Assembly (NCBI GenBank): GCA_963809925.1
Contig: CAWELH010000010.1
Span: 261,387-325,386, forward strand
DNA: 64,000 nt
Direction: 5' to 3'
Origin: an uncultured Bacteroidales bacterium
GTDB lineage: Bacteria; Bacteroidota; Bacteroidia; Bacteroidales; GCA-2748055
Below, piece after piece: positions 29,796 to 39,891 of this stretch (positions are counted from its first letter, which is position 1; every line of letters begins with the position of its first letter). The position numbers were made by a program, and so were the translations under genes. Below the pieces are notes generated by a model. It was not told the DNA's origin. It searched no databases and worked only from the letters and a program-made list of their open reading frames with translations.

Positions 29796-30938
29796 ATGAG
29801 AGCAACCAGAATTTTATTGATTATCCTTGCAATTTTTATTGTTCTGCCATTTATTGGCCGTTTCTTCTGGGTTTTGCAGAAAGGGAGAAAGATGGAGATT
29901 ATGATCGTTAATAAAACGGTACCAAAGGATTCCCATAATGAAGTCAAATCGCTAACCTGGGTACTTAACTACAATAAAATTCTTAAGACTGACAATGCCC
30001 GCTACAATTTTGAAAAGGATTACTACGGATACCATCCTGATGCACCTGCAGAAGAATGGAAGATTCGTTCGTTCAGAATAGCGGACCTGCCGTCGATCTG
30101 CGACAAGTACTCTGCGCTTATTTTTCTGGATAACCAGGGTGTGAAGTTGGTCGGGAATCGTCCGAATCTTTCTCCGAATTTTTATGGTGGATTCAATCAG
30201 AATGATTATCTGCTGCTAAAAAATATGATGGAAGCTGGGAAACTCATCGTGGCGGAATATAATTTTTTCTCTGATCCGACCGAAGATCTGGTGCGATACA
30301 ATACGGAACAAATGCTTGACATTCATTGCCTTGGCTGGCGGGGTAAGTTCTTTTCAAACCTTAGCGCAGAAAAGATTACTGAGGAACTCGAACCGAAATG
30401 GATCGACAGATATACCTCCATCAATGGTCAGGACTGGGCCTTTCAGGGGCCAGGTCTCGTATTGATCAATGTAAAGCAAAACCGGATCATCGTATTGCCT
30501 CGCGATGAATTCATGGAGAAAGATTACCCGGATGTTGTGACAAAGAAGGACTATGCATCTTCTCGTAAACTTCCAGAAAAAAATGCATTCAGTAGTTGGT
30601 TCGCAATCGTATATCAGGGCGAAAATGAGGTAATAAGCAATATCAACCTCAATCTTAACGAAAAGGGCAGGTCGGTGATGATGAGTAACGGACTGGAATG
30701 CAGTTTCCCCGCAGTCATAAAATCTACTCAGCACCCGTTTTATTTTATTGCCGGCGACTTTTCAAAGGAGGACGTAAGTCTGGCTCTGTCCCGCGTTCGT
30801 ATCATCAATGATATTTTCAGAATGATTGAAGGGAATATGACAGAGAATCCAAAAATGTTTTTTCACACATTTTACGTACCTTTCATGTCCTCCATTTTCG
30901 CAGAATACGACAGGGAAATGAATACCACAGGTGTTTAA
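29796..30938 (+). CDS. hypothetical N-terminally membrane-anchored protein
   Basis: 380 aa with a single N-terminal TM helix (ILLIILAIFIVLPFIG). No recognisable domain; coding-like composition. Confidence 0.5.
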   Translation: MRATRILLIILAIFIVLPFIGRFFWVLQKGRKMEIMIVNKTVPKDSHNEVKSLTWVLNYNKILKTDNARYNFEKDYYGYHPDAPAEEWKIRSFRIADLPSICDKYSALIFLDNQGVKLVGNRPNLSPNFYGGFNQNDYLLLKNMMEAGKLIVAEYNFFSDPTEDLVRYNTEQMLDIHCLGWRGKFFSNLSAEKITEELEPKWIDRYTSINGQDWAFQGPGLVLINVKQNRIIVLPRDEFMEKDYPDVVTKKDYASSRKLPEKNAFSSWFAIVYQGENEVISNINLNLNEKGRSVMMSNGLECSFPAVIKSTQHPFYFIAGDFSKEDVSLALSRVRIINDIFRMIEGNMTENPKMFFHTFYVPFMSSIFAEYDREMNTTGV

Positions 30939-30996
30939 ATAACGCCGGTTACTGAATGGTTTCTGCGTTGTAATGTAAATTAATCCATATTTAGTG

Positions 30997-31776
30997 ATGG
31001 ATAAGATGAGTATCGCCCTCGTTCAGGCTGATCTTTCCTGGGAAGATGCTGCTTCAAACCGAAGACTTTTCGATGATATTCTGGATAACCTTCATGACAA
31101 GGTTGATTTGATCATTCTTCCGGAGATGTTTTCTACTGGGTTTTCTATGAATTCGACACTACTGGCTGAAGAACTCTCAGGCGAAACCATTGCATGGATG
31201 CATGACAGGGCTTCGGCTCTGGGATCGGTGATAACAGGCAGCCTTATTATCCGGGAAAACGATCAGTTTTTTAACCGTCTCATCTGGATGCGTCCTGACG
31301 GATCGATGGACTGGTACGATAAGCGCCACCTTTTCAGGATGGGACGGGAAAATCAGTTTTATAGTCCTGGCAAGCACCGGCTGATTACAGAACTCAAAGG
31401 TTGGCGTATTTGTCCGCTCATTTGCTATGATCTTCGGTTTCCCGTATGGAGCCGTAACAGGCATGATACTGACCTGCTGATCTACGTGGCCAACTGGCCT
31501 GCATCAAGGCGCCGGGTATGGAACACCTTGCTTAAAGCCAGGGCAATTGAAAACCAGGTTTACGTTGCTGGAGTCAACAGGGTAGGTTCTGACGGTGAGG
31601 GGATTATCTATCATGGCGATTCCTGCCTGATAAATGCAAGAGGCGAAGTGATTTCGGGAATGGACGGTAACTTTCCTGGGGTCACCATTTCTGAAATCGA
31701 TCCGGTTGATCTTCTTGCCTTCCGAAAAAAATTCCCCATAGGGGACGATGCCGATGAGTTCACGATTCATCCATAA
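30997..31776 (+). CDS. carbon-nitrogen hydrolase family amidohydrolase (YafV/omega-amidase-like)
   Basis: ORF track starts at a GTG at 30994; ATGs lie at 30997 and 31006. Nitrilase-superfamily Glu (…LPEMF…) and Cys (…ICYDLRFP…) regions. Confidence 0.82.
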   Translation: MDKMSIALVQADLSWEDAASNRRLFDDILDNLHDKVDLIILPEMFSTGFSMNSTLLAEELSGETIAWMHDRASALGSVITGSLIIRENDQFFNRLIWMRPDGSMDWYDKRHLFRMGRENQFYSPGKHRLITELKGWRICPLICYDLRFPVWSRNRHDTDLLIYVANWPASRRRVWNTLLKARAIENQVYVAGVNRVGSDGEGIIYHGDSCLINARGEVISGMDGNFPGVTISEIDPVDLLAFRKKFPIGDDADEFTIHP

Positions 31777-31982
31777 ATTCTGCAAGAATGTGAGAAACTA
31801 CTCCAGGAAATGGAACAGCGTTTATTCTCCCTACAAAATAGAAATCCTTACACGAATCCTTTAAGGTATTTCATTAATGGATCCGTGAAGGACTTATCTG
31901 GTTGTGAACTTCTTTCAGAATAGTTACTCCGGCCGATTGGCGTTGGAGATTTCTTCAGAATAGCCTTTAGAAGGCCCAAAGA

Positions 31983-32525
31983 TTAGTGTTCGTGCTTGCT
32001 GTGACAGTCTTCCTTGTCGCATCCCTCACAACTTCCGTGTGAATGGATGTGCCCGTGCTCCAGCTCGTCCTCTTTGGCTTCCCTTATATCAGTTACTTCT
32101 CCGCTAAAATACAGGTTTGTACCTGCCATGGGATGGTTGAAATCCATTTTCACTGCATCTTCACTAATCTCCTTGACGATACCATTAAGACGGTTGCCTT
32201 CACGGTCCAGCATGGGGATCGTATTCCCAAGTTTTAGCAGATTGTTATCTATTTCACCTTCTATGCGAAAAACATCGATAGGTACTTCAACAATGGCATT
32301 TTCCTGAACTGAGCCATAGGCATCTTCACTGGTAAGGCTAAACTGAAACGGATCACCTACATTGAGCCCGGCAAGATTATCTTCAAATTTTGGCAGGAGA
32401 TTTCCCCTTCCGAATAAGAAAGTCAGCGGACTGTCTTTGGAGAGTTCTTCCACAACTTCACCCTTCAGGTTGTCTTTTCTTAACTGGTAAACAATCGAAA
32501 CAACTTTGTTTTCTGCTATTGTCAT
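31983..32525 (-). CDS. slyD: FKBP-type peptidyl-prolyl isomerase SlyD with His/Cys-rich tail
   Basis: 180 aa with an FKBP plus IF-insert sequence (…VVSIVYQLR…, …DFNHPMAG…) and a C-terminal HGHIHSHGSCEGCDKEDCHSKHEH metal-binding tail. Confidence 0.88.
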   Translation of the reverse strand: MTIAENKVVSIVYQLRKDNLKGEVVEELSKDSPLTFLFGRGNLLPKFEDNLAGLNVGDPFQFSLTSEDAYGSVQENAIVEVPIDVFRIEGEIDNNLLKLGNTIPMLDREGNRLNGIVKEISEDAVKMDFNHPMAGTNLYFSGEVTDIREAKEDELEHGHIHSHGSCEGCDKEDCHSKHEH

Positions 32526-32633
32526 TGTAAAAATATTTAATTGGATAATTTAAACTTCAAATAAAGTGGATTATATCAACTTATCAAAAAAAGTGATTGT
32601 TAAATTTTATTTAAATTACGTAAGAATTAACAG

Positions 32634-33914
32634 TCACTTTGATTTATTGTTCTCCAATCCTTGTTCAAGATTTCCCTCAACCCCTATTTTTGCCCTATTT
32701 GCATCCAGTTCCGGAAAGGGAGCCTCAAGCCCTTTTCGCTTTCTGTCATTAACTAGAGAAATGGTCATGGCCATACTGCTGGCGATAATGATGAAAAGTA
32801 AAATACCCGGATCGAATCGTTCATTAGCTATTTCCGGCGGAATGGCATAAAATAGCAGGATGGTGATGAGTCCCCTGGGAGCCAGGTAAATTTCAGGGAA
32901 GAAATTTTTCACTTTAAGTAGCCTGAAAATGACATATCGGACGCCATAAATGATAAGTAGGATGACCACACTCATCAGTAGAACTCTCCAGCTGATGAGG
33001 GAAGAGAGCGTTATGGTAATGCCGAAGATCACAAAAAAAAACGTCCTTACAATAAATGCTGATTCCAGTGTGATGATCCTGAAATTGCTGCTGATCTCTT
33101 TAAGTGAATCCTCGCGGATGAGGTTCTTAAGCTTTCCTCCAAAGAAAATATGACGGTTTTGAAGCACGAGTCCGAATACCAGGATGATCATCAGTGAGGA
33201 GAGGTGCATGAGTTTAGCCAGGGAATAGAGGAGGATGAGCACTGCAATAAGCAGAAAAAGCTTGACCTGTGTTCTGATGTTCTGAAAAATGAGGATCAGG
33301 ACATAACTCACGGCAAAGGAAACGGCAATGGTACCAAATATATTCACCATCAGCCTCAGACTTATTTCTCCGACACTTTCCGCACTGGCGCTTTCAATCA
33401 GAAAGTAAAAAACCATAATTCCAAGAATGTCGGAAAAAGTGCTTTCATATATCATAAATTCCTTTTTCTTGTCATCAAGGCCGGACGTACTCGGGATTAC
33501 GATGGCACTGCTGATGATGGACAACGGTATGGCGTAAATAAGCGACTCAAACAGCGTAGCTTTCAGATAAATTGAAACGATGAGAGCGATGAAAAAGGCG
33601 GTAAGGATGAGTGAGAAGAGCGCAATAAGAAAGGACCGCCATATCAAACCCTGCTTTTCTTTACTGAGGCGCAGATCGAGAGAAGCCTCCAGAACAATCA
33701 TGATGAGACCGACAATTCCCAGAATCTCGAGAATTGGCATAAAATTCAGCATGCCGATGCTGAAAAAATTAAATGCAAGGTGAATTACTATACCGGTACT
33801 GATCAACAAAAGAACACTCGGTATGCTTGTCCTCTTTGAAACAATGTTATACATGTAACTCAGGATAACGATAACCGAGCAGGCTATGATGATCTCATAC
33901 GAAGAAAATTCCAT
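32634..33914 (-). CDS. cation:proton antiporter (Na+/H+ exchanger family)
   Basis: 426 aa, polytopic (about 11-12 TM helices) with CPA-type sequence character. Confidence 0.75.
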   Translation of the reverse strand: MEFSSYEIIIACSVIVILSYMYNIVSKRTSIPSVLLLISTGIVIHLAFNFFSIGMLNFMPILEILGIVGLIMIVLEASLDLRLSKEKQGLIWRSFLIALFSLILTAFFIALIVSIYLKATLFESLIYAIPLSIISSAIVIPSTSGLDDKKKEFMIYESTFSDILGIMVFYFLIESASAESVGEISLRLMVNIFGTIAVSFAVSYVLILIFQNIRTQVKLFLLIAVLILLYSLAKLMHLSSLMIILVFGLVLQNRHIFFGGKLKNLIREDSLKEISSNFRIITLESAFIVRTFFFVIFGITITLSSLISWRVLLMSVVILLIIYGVRYVIFRLLKVKNFFPEIYLAPRGLITILLFYAIPPEIANERFDPGILLFIIIASSMAMTISLVNDRKRKGLEAPFPELDANRAKIGVEGNLEQGLENNKSK

Positions 33915-33917
33915 AGT

Positions 33918-34544
33918 TTAAAAATATAGTTGAAATCCCATTCGCAGAATTGGGTTGGTATACAATGAAAAGGAGGATGTGTCGGTATCCCAGAGAAATA
34001 ACAGGCTGAATGCCGCACGTTGGCCGGCTGGCTGACGCAGGCCCACCCCGATAAGCGTAGTACTGTACCAAAATCGCCCGTCAAGCGGGTAGGTTGGGTA
34101 GTCAAAATACCTTTTCTCAAGGCTTAATCCCTCATACTCAATATGTCCGAATATTGCGCTATTTATACCCAGGGGAATCACCTTGTCCAGATTCCTGATC
34201 ACATCCAGCTCGCTATACGCTCGCATTCCATAAATGTGGGTCTTGTAGTTGTTGAAGGTATACTGCCTGGAATCTTTCAGAAATTCATACCGTCCCCCAA
34301 TCGCGATCGACAGACGGTTTGTAAGATAATACCCCAGTGCAGGCGATACATCGATCCTTGTAACGGTACCGAACATTAAGCCGAAATCCGGTGCTATGAA
34401 AAATTTACCAGCCCTGTTTTCCGCCTCAGGCTCAGGAAGTCTTTCGGGACCATACTCATACTGGCCCGTTGCAGTACTGAAATGGCCGAGGCATGCCAGT
34501 AATAAAGTGAAGACAATAAAAAAACGGTTACATTTCGTTTTCAT
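33918..34544 (-). CDS. small outer-membrane beta-barrel protein (function unknown)
   Basis: 208 aa with a signal peptide, alternating beta-strand pattern and a C-terminal …MGFQLYF aromatic terminus. Confidence 0.55.
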   Translation of the reverse strand: MKTKCNRFFIVFTLLLACLGHFSTATGQYEYGPERLPEPEAENRAGKFFIAPDFGLMFGTVTRIDVSPALGYYLTNRLSIAIGGRYEFLKDSRQYTFNNYKTHIYGMRAYSELDVIRNLDKVIPLGINSAIFGHIEYEGLSLEKRYFDYPTYPLDGRFWYSTTLIGVGLRQPAGQRAAFSLLFLWDTDTSSFSLYTNPILRMGFQLYF

Positions 34545-34719
34545 TTCAAATCCAAATAGTTCTCCAATACGTCGCTTAAAATTACAATTAAAACGGAGAA
34601 GAGGGGCGAAGTGTTATAAAAAGTCTGCATTTTATATCCTTTATTCGTACCCATATGGCAGGGCGTAACCATCGCCAAATGTAAATCCCCGATGCTTAGG
34701 AAATGGCTGCAATGCAGCT

Positions 34720-34727
34720 TATCTTTG
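34720..34727 (+). promoter_or_regulatory. candidate -7 promoter box (TAnnTTTG)
   Basis: TATCTTTG lies 25 nt upstream of the ATG at 34753. Confidence 0.4.
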
Positions 34728-34752
34728 TCTCTTAACCGAATTATCTGCAAAA

Positions 34753-35463
34753 ATGAATGTTCTAATCACCGGCGCAGGCAAAGGTCTTGGAGCTGCATTA
34801 GCTGCTTGTTTTGCCAGCAACGCTCCAATCCGTATATTCCTGACATCCCGTAACAAAAACAGTCTGAATGCGCTTAAAAACAACCTCAAAACGAAGTTTC
34901 CAATGGCTGAGGTGGTCATAATTGCATGTGACCTTACAAGCAGCGATGATCTGGATGCGCTGGCTGACTGCTTACATTCTTCCGTAACGACGCTAGACAT
35001 CGTAATTAATAATGCAGGTATGCTGGTCAACAAACCTTTTGATCAGTTTGATATATCTTTGGCAGAAGAGGTCTTCAGGGTGAATTATTTTGCTCCGGCA
35101 GCGCTGATAAAGAAAGTCAGCAGTTTGCTTGAAGCTGCAGACAAGCCTCATGTGGTTAATATAGCCAGCATGGGGGGTGTCCAGGGAAGCGTAAAATTCC
35201 CGGGCCTCTCACATTATAGCGCTTCAAAGGCGGCCCTGTCTGTTCTGACTGAATGTCTGGCTGCAGAATATAAAGAGAAGGGGATAGCATTTAATTGCCT
35301 GGCGCCCGGATCGTTCCGGTCAGAAATGCTCGAAACAGCATTTCCCGGATACAGTGCACCCGTTGAACCGGAGGATATGGCCCGATTTGTTTGTGATTTT
35401 GCGATGAAAGCACATCATGTGATGAATGGAAAGATTATTCCGGTAGCTCTTTCAACCCCCTGA
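34753..35463 (+). CDS. SDR-family oxidoreductase
   Basis: 236 aa with the N-terminal TGAGKGLG cofactor motif and the YSASK catalytic motif. Confidence 0.88.
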   Translation: MNVLITGAGKGLGAALAACFASNAPIRIFLTSRNKNSLNALKNNLKTKFPMAEVVIIACDLTSSDDLDALADCLHSSVTTLDIVINNAGMLVNKPFDQFDISLAEEVFRVNYFAPAALIKKVSSLLEAADKPHVVNIASMGGVQGSVKFPGLSHYSASKAALSVLTECLAAEYKEKGIAFNCLAPGSFRSEMLETAFPGYSAPVEPEDMARFVCDFAMKAHHVMNGKIIPVALSTP

Positions 35464-35480
35464 CCGGCCGTATGCCATGA

Positions 35481-36587
35481 TCAGATCTCAGTATTGACCA
35501 TGTTTTCTTCATTGTACTCTTTCGGTTCAACCTCTCCTTTAAGAACCATAAGTCCGTTCATGGCAAGTGCATGCATCTCGTCCTCACCCGGGTAAATGAT
35601 GACCGGTGCAATGAACGAAACCATTTTTTTGATGTATTCCACTACCATCGGGTTGTTGGCAATGCCGCCTGTCAGTATGATTCCATCCACTTCACCATTG
35701 AGTACGGTAGCCAGTGCCCCGATCTCCTTAGCTACCTGGTATGACATTGCATCCTGGATCATCCTGGCTGTTTCATCGCCCTCCATGGCCATCAGCTCGA
35801 TCTGGTAAGCACTGTTCGTCCCAAAATATGCCATCAGACCGCCATTACCCGTGATCATGCGTTTGACATCCTCGATATCGGAACCCTCCTTAAAACATTC
35901 CTTGATAAGCTGACCTGCAGGCACAGTGCCGGATCTTTCCGGCGAGAACGGACCTTCTCCATCGAGGGCGTTATTAACATCAATGACCCTGCCCCTGAGG
36001 TGTGCACCTACTGAGATACCACCGCCCATATGGGCAATGATCAGGTTCAGGTCCACATATTTTTTATTCAGTAGCCGTGCATATGCCCTTGCTGTGGCCT
36101 TCTGGTTAAGTGCATGGAATATCGACATGCGCTTAAAACCGGGATGACCGGCAATCCGAGCTACATCGACCAATTCGTCTACTACTACAGGATCTGCAAT
36201 GAACGCCCTGGCATTTGGCAGACTTCTGGCAATGTCATCGGCGATAAGGCCACCAAGATTACTGGCATGTTCGCCAAGGACTCCTTCGAGCAAGTCCTTC
36301 TTCATCCGGTCATTGATGATGTATATGCCGGATTTGATGGGTTTGATCAAGCCGCCGCGACCCACTACCGCTTCGATCTTTTCCATCTCGATTTGAGCAT
36401 GCTTCAGTTCATCCATGATGATATCTTTCCGGTAACTGTACTGGTCCACAATATTTTCGAACTGGCAAAGCTCCTCAGACGGATGCTGGATGCTTTTGAG
36501 AAAGATGACCTTCGTATTGGCATAAACAGCGATCTTTGTAGATGTTGATCCTGGGTTTATGGCAAGAATTTGTTTAAGTCCCGTCAT
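35481..36587 (-). CDS. buk: butyrate kinase
   Basis: 368 aa with N-terminal ILAINPGSTSTKIAVY and an ASKHA-fold butyrate kinase sequence. Downstream of ptb. Confidence 0.92.
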   Translation of the reverse strand: MTGLKQILAINPGSTSTKIAVYANTKVIFLKSIQHPSEELCQFENIVDQYSYRKDIIMDELKHAQIEMEKIEAVVGRGGLIKPIKSGIYIINDRMKKDLLEGVLGEHASNLGGLIADDIARSLPNARAFIADPVVVDELVDVARIAGHPGFKRMSIFHALNQKATARAYARLLNKKYVDLNLIIAHMGGGISVGAHLRGRVIDVNNALDGEGPFSPERSGTVPAGQLIKECFKEGSDIEDVKRMITGNGGLMAYFGTNSAYQIELMAMEGDETARMIQDAMSYQVAKEIGALATVLNGEVDGIILTGGIANNPMVVEYIKKMVSFIAPVIIYPGEDEMHALAMNGLMVLKGEVEPKEYNEENMVNTEI

Positions 36588-36598
36588 GATGTAAAGTT

Positions 36599-37495
36599 TT
36601 AGATAGCAGCAGCTAATGCAATGGAATATAGTTTACTTTCCTCCGTGTCGGCACGCGATGTCAGCACAACAGGGGCTGTGGCTCCGGTGATGATGGCTGC
36701 CGATACTGCGTCGGAAAGGAAACTCATGGATTTATACAGGATATTTCCGCTGTCCAGGTCGGGAGTAAGGAGTATATCCGCATCGCCGGCAACAGATGAA
36801 CGGATTCCCTTATGCTCTGCAGCTTTTACCGAAATGGCATTGTCGAGAGCAAGCGGTCCGTCAACAATACAGCCCTTGATCTGCCCTCTGATATTCATCT
36901 GTGTCAGAATTGCCGCATCGGTAGTGGATGTGATCTTTTCGTTGACGGTTTCAATTGGTCCGAGTACCGCCACCTTTGGTTCTTTTATGCCGAGAGCCTC
37001 GAAAACCTCGGTCGCATTTTGAATGATACTGACCTTCTCGTTGACCGTAGGATAAATATTCATGGCAGCATCGGTAACTCCCAGGAGCTTAGGATAGTAA
37101 CGGGTCTGGAATATGGCCAGGTGGCTGAGGATATCCCTTTTCCTCAAACCTTTGTCAGCATCGAGTATGGCTTTGAGAAGTGGTGCGGAAGCAACCATTC
37201 CCTTCATGAGGATTTCAGCACGGCCCTCCCTGATAATTTCAACGGCCCGAATGCAGGATAGCAACGGGTCCTTTTCATCAATGAGTTCGAAGGCTGAAAT
37301 ATCAAATTTGATCTGACGGGCTATCTCTTGGATCTTACCTGAATGACCAATGAGAACGGGCTCGATGATATTCAGTTCAACAGCCTGTTTTAAAGCCAGT
37401 AGAACATGATGATCTTCAGCAGCGGCAACAGCCATTCTGCGGCTCTCCCTTCTCCTTGCCTTTTCCCTGATGTCATCGAGCGACCTGCATTTCAT
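36599..37495 (-). CDS. ptb: phosphate butyryltransferase
   Basis: 298 aa, a PTA_PTB family sequence of Ptb length, immediately upstream of buk. Confidence 0.88.
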   Translation of the reverse strand: MKCRSLDDIREKARRRESRRMAVAAAEDHHVLLALKQAVELNIIEPVLIGHSGKIQEIARQIKFDISAFELIDEKDPLLSCIRAVEIIREGRAEILMKGMVASAPLLKAILDADKGLRKRDILSHLAIFQTRYYPKLLGVTDAAMNIYPTVNEKVSIIQNATEVFEALGIKEPKVAVLGPIETVNEKITSTTDAAILTQMNIRGQIKGCIVDGPLALDNAISVKAAEHKGIRSSVAGDADILLTPDLDSGNILYKSMSFLSDAVSAAIITGATAPVVLTSRADTEESKLYSIALAAAI

Positions 37496-37498
37496 TGT

Positions 37499-38704
37499 TT
37501 ACCTGGATTCGTTAATAATGCGTTCAGTATCGCTTGCAATAACAAATTCTTCATTGGTAGGTACCACCATGGCAATGACCCGCGACCCGGCCTTTGTAAT
37601 GATTTTTTCTTTTCCACGTACACCGGCATTGGATTCCTGGTCAAATTCGAGTCCCATGTACTCAAAACCACTACAGATCTCTTCCCGGCTTTCAGGGGCA
37701 TTCTCCCCGACACCGCCGGTAAAGACAACCACATCCACGCCCCCCATAGCCGCTGCATAGGCTCCGATATATTTTCTTATTCTGTAATGATACATGTCCA
37801 GCCCAAGCCGGGCTCTCTCATTACCACCTTCCGCGGCACTCTCAATTTCACGCATATCGGATGATATCCCTGTTATGCCCAGCATCCCACTGTGTTTGTT
37901 GATGAGTGTATTGGCATTGTGTGAATCAATTCCTTCTTTTTGCATGATGTAAATCAGAACACCCAGATCCAGATCACCGGTACGCGTTCCCATAATCAGG
38001 CCTTCCACAGGTGTAAGCCCCATGGAAGTGTCAACGGATTTTCCACCCCTCACTGCAGTGATTGAAGCACCATTGCCCAAATGACAGGTGATAATCTTTA
38101 ATTCTTTAATCTCCTTTTTCAGGATCTGTGCTGCCCTTGAAGCAACATACTGATGGCTGGATCCGTGAAATCCGTAACGCCTCAGGCCATATTTTGTGTA
38201 CAGTGAGTGCGGTATGGCATACATGTACGCTCGTGAGGGCATGGTCTGGTGAAAAGCAGTATCAAAAGTACCTACCTGGGGGACATTGGGCAGAAGGCTT
38301 TGCATAGCAAAGATACCCTTCAGGTTTGGCGGATTATGCAACGGCGCAAGGTCGATGCATTCCTCCATTTTCTCCACGACCTCTTTAGTGATGAGTACAC
38401 TATCCTTGAACGTTTCCCCGCCGTGAACAACGCGGTGTCCCACTGCATCAATCTCATCAAAGCTTTTAAGGGAACCGTATTTTTCACTTTTCAGGATGCC
38501 AAGGATAAATTCTATTCCCTGCTGATGATCCAGGATTTCACCCTCAAGTTTCACTTTTTTGCCATCGTTACGTTCATGTTTGATAAATGAACCGTGCAAC
38601 CCTATTTTTTCTGCAACACCTTTGGCCAGGACACTGGAATTTGTTGAATCAAAAAGCTGGTATTTAACGGATGAGCTTCCGCAGTTAAGTACAATGATTT
38701 TCAT
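37499..38704 (-). CDS. ackA: acetate kinase
   Basis: ORF track extends to 38734; the ATG at 38704 gives MKIIVLNCGSSSVKYQLF…, the canonical AckA N-terminus. Confidence 0.93.
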   Translation of the reverse strand: MKIIVLNCGSSSVKYQLFDSTNSSVLAKGVAEKIGLHGSFIKHERNDGKKVKLEGEILDHQQGIEFILGILKSEKYGSLKSFDEIDAVGHRVVHGGETFKDSVLITKEVVEKMEECIDLAPLHNPPNLKGIFAMQSLLPNVPQVGTFDTAFHQTMPSRAYMYAIPHSLYTKYGLRRYGFHGSSHQYVASRAAQILKKEIKELKIITCHLGNGASITAVRGGKSVDTSMGLTPVEGLIMGTRTGDLDLGVLIYIMQKEGIDSHNANTLINKHSGMLGITGISSDMREIESAAEGGNERARLGLDMYHYRIRKYIGAYAAAMGGVDVVVFTGGVGENAPESREEICSGFEYMGLEFDQESNAGVRGKEKIITKAGSRVIAMVVPTNEEFVIASDTERIINESR

Positions 38705-38840
38705 GCTTAGTATTTTATTTAACCTTGCCCGCATAATGCGGGGATACTACCATATTCCGGATCATTCCTGTTTGTTCCGCCTGTCATGGAACATGGTGTT
38801 GCTATTTATTTTAGAATAATAAGAACAATTTGCCGCTTTC

Positions 38841-38868
38841 TTTAAAACGACCGGAAAGCTTCATCCGG
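38841..38868 (-). terminator. possible weak intra-cluster terminator between hbd and ackA
   Basis: On the minus strand, the hairpin CCGGATGAAGCTTTCCGG (38851-38868) is followed by TCGTTTT. The stem is short and the T tract interrupted. Confidence 0.3.
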
Positions 38869-38888
38869 CATCTTCCCGGCAGACAAAA

Positions 38889-39854
38889 TCATTTAAATTC
38901 AGTAGCCTGTATAGCCTGACTGATGATTTTCCCGCCTTCATATTTATAGAATCCCTTCCCGGTTTTTGTTCCATGGTACCCGGCTCTCACAAGTCTTTTC
39001 AAAATCGGAGAAGGTTTGTATTTCTGAAGTCCGAATTCTGCATAAAGGTTATCCATCCATTTAAGTAGTTTGTCGAGGCCGATCCTGTCTGCCATTTCGA
39101 AGGGGCCAAACAGGAGACCGTATCCCAGTTTCATGGTCGTATCGATGCACTGGACAGAAGCGACGCCTTCCATCAATGTTTCACAAGCCTCGTTTATAAG
39201 GGTAACGATAAGCCGGCTGCTCACATGGCCCGGTGACTCGTGCAGGGTGATTGGTAGTTTGTCGATCATCTTGGAAAACCTGAGGATAAATTCATAGGTA
39301 GCATCATTGGTTTCAAGACCTCTCACAACCTCAACGATCTTCACGGATGAGGCAGGGGTGATGAAATGGAGTCCAATGGCACGTTCCGGGTGACGAAGGA
39401 CAGAGGCCAAATCGGAAATCATCAGTGTGGAATTGTTGGAAGTAATTACCACTTCATCGCCAACCACGGCTTCCACCTTTTTAAATACATCCTTACGGAT
39501 TTCAATATTGGTGCCGGGTTTCCTAGAGTTGATAGATTCGATCACGAGATCGGCATCCCTGATGTCATTATAATCTGTTGATCCCTTAATGCGTGAGAGT
39601 ATTGCACGTTTTTCACCTTTAGTAAGGCCCCATTTATTAATGATCTCATCGAGCTGCAATTCAAGTTCATTATAAACCTCACTGATACGATCTTCGGAAA
39701 CATCGATAAAAACCACATCCATACCCTGCTGGCTGACGAGCCGGGTAATTTCCTGGCCCATGGCCCCGCACCCAATCACCGCAACCTTTTGTATACTTCC
39801 GTGGCTTTTCGATGATTTCTGGCTCAGAGCGAAATCTGCTAATGTCTCAGTCAT
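38889..39854 (-). CDS. hbd: 3-hydroxybutyryl-CoA / 3-hydroxyacyl-CoA dehydrogenase
   Basis: 321 aa with the Rossmann motif VAVIGCGAMGQ and 3HCDH N- and C-domain sequences. Confidence 0.85.
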   Translation of the reverse strand: MTETLADFALSQKSSKSHGSIQKVAVIGCGAMGQEITRLVSQQGMDVVFIDVSEDRISEVYNELELQLDEIINKWGLTKGEKRAILSRIKGSTDYNDIRDADLVIESINSRKPGTNIEIRKDVFKKVEAVVGDEVVITSNNSTLMISDLASVLRHPERAIGLHFITPASSVKIVEVVRGLETNDATYEFILRFSKMIDKLPITLHESPGHVSSRLIVTLINEACETLMEGVASVQCIDTTMKLGYGLLFGPFEMADRIGLDKLLKWMDNLYAEFGLQKYKPSPILKRLVRAGYHGTKTGKGFYKYEGGKIISQAIQATEFK

Positions 39855-39891
39855 TTCTTTATTTGTTTATATATATTTTTTCAATGATGCG

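Noticed and set aside
31914-31963. Direct repeat TTCAGAATAG at 31914-31923 and 31954-31963 between the convergent amidohydrolase and slyD genes.
   Set aside because: It is only 10 bp with degenerate flanks. It is too short to distinguish from chance and no structure is associated with it.
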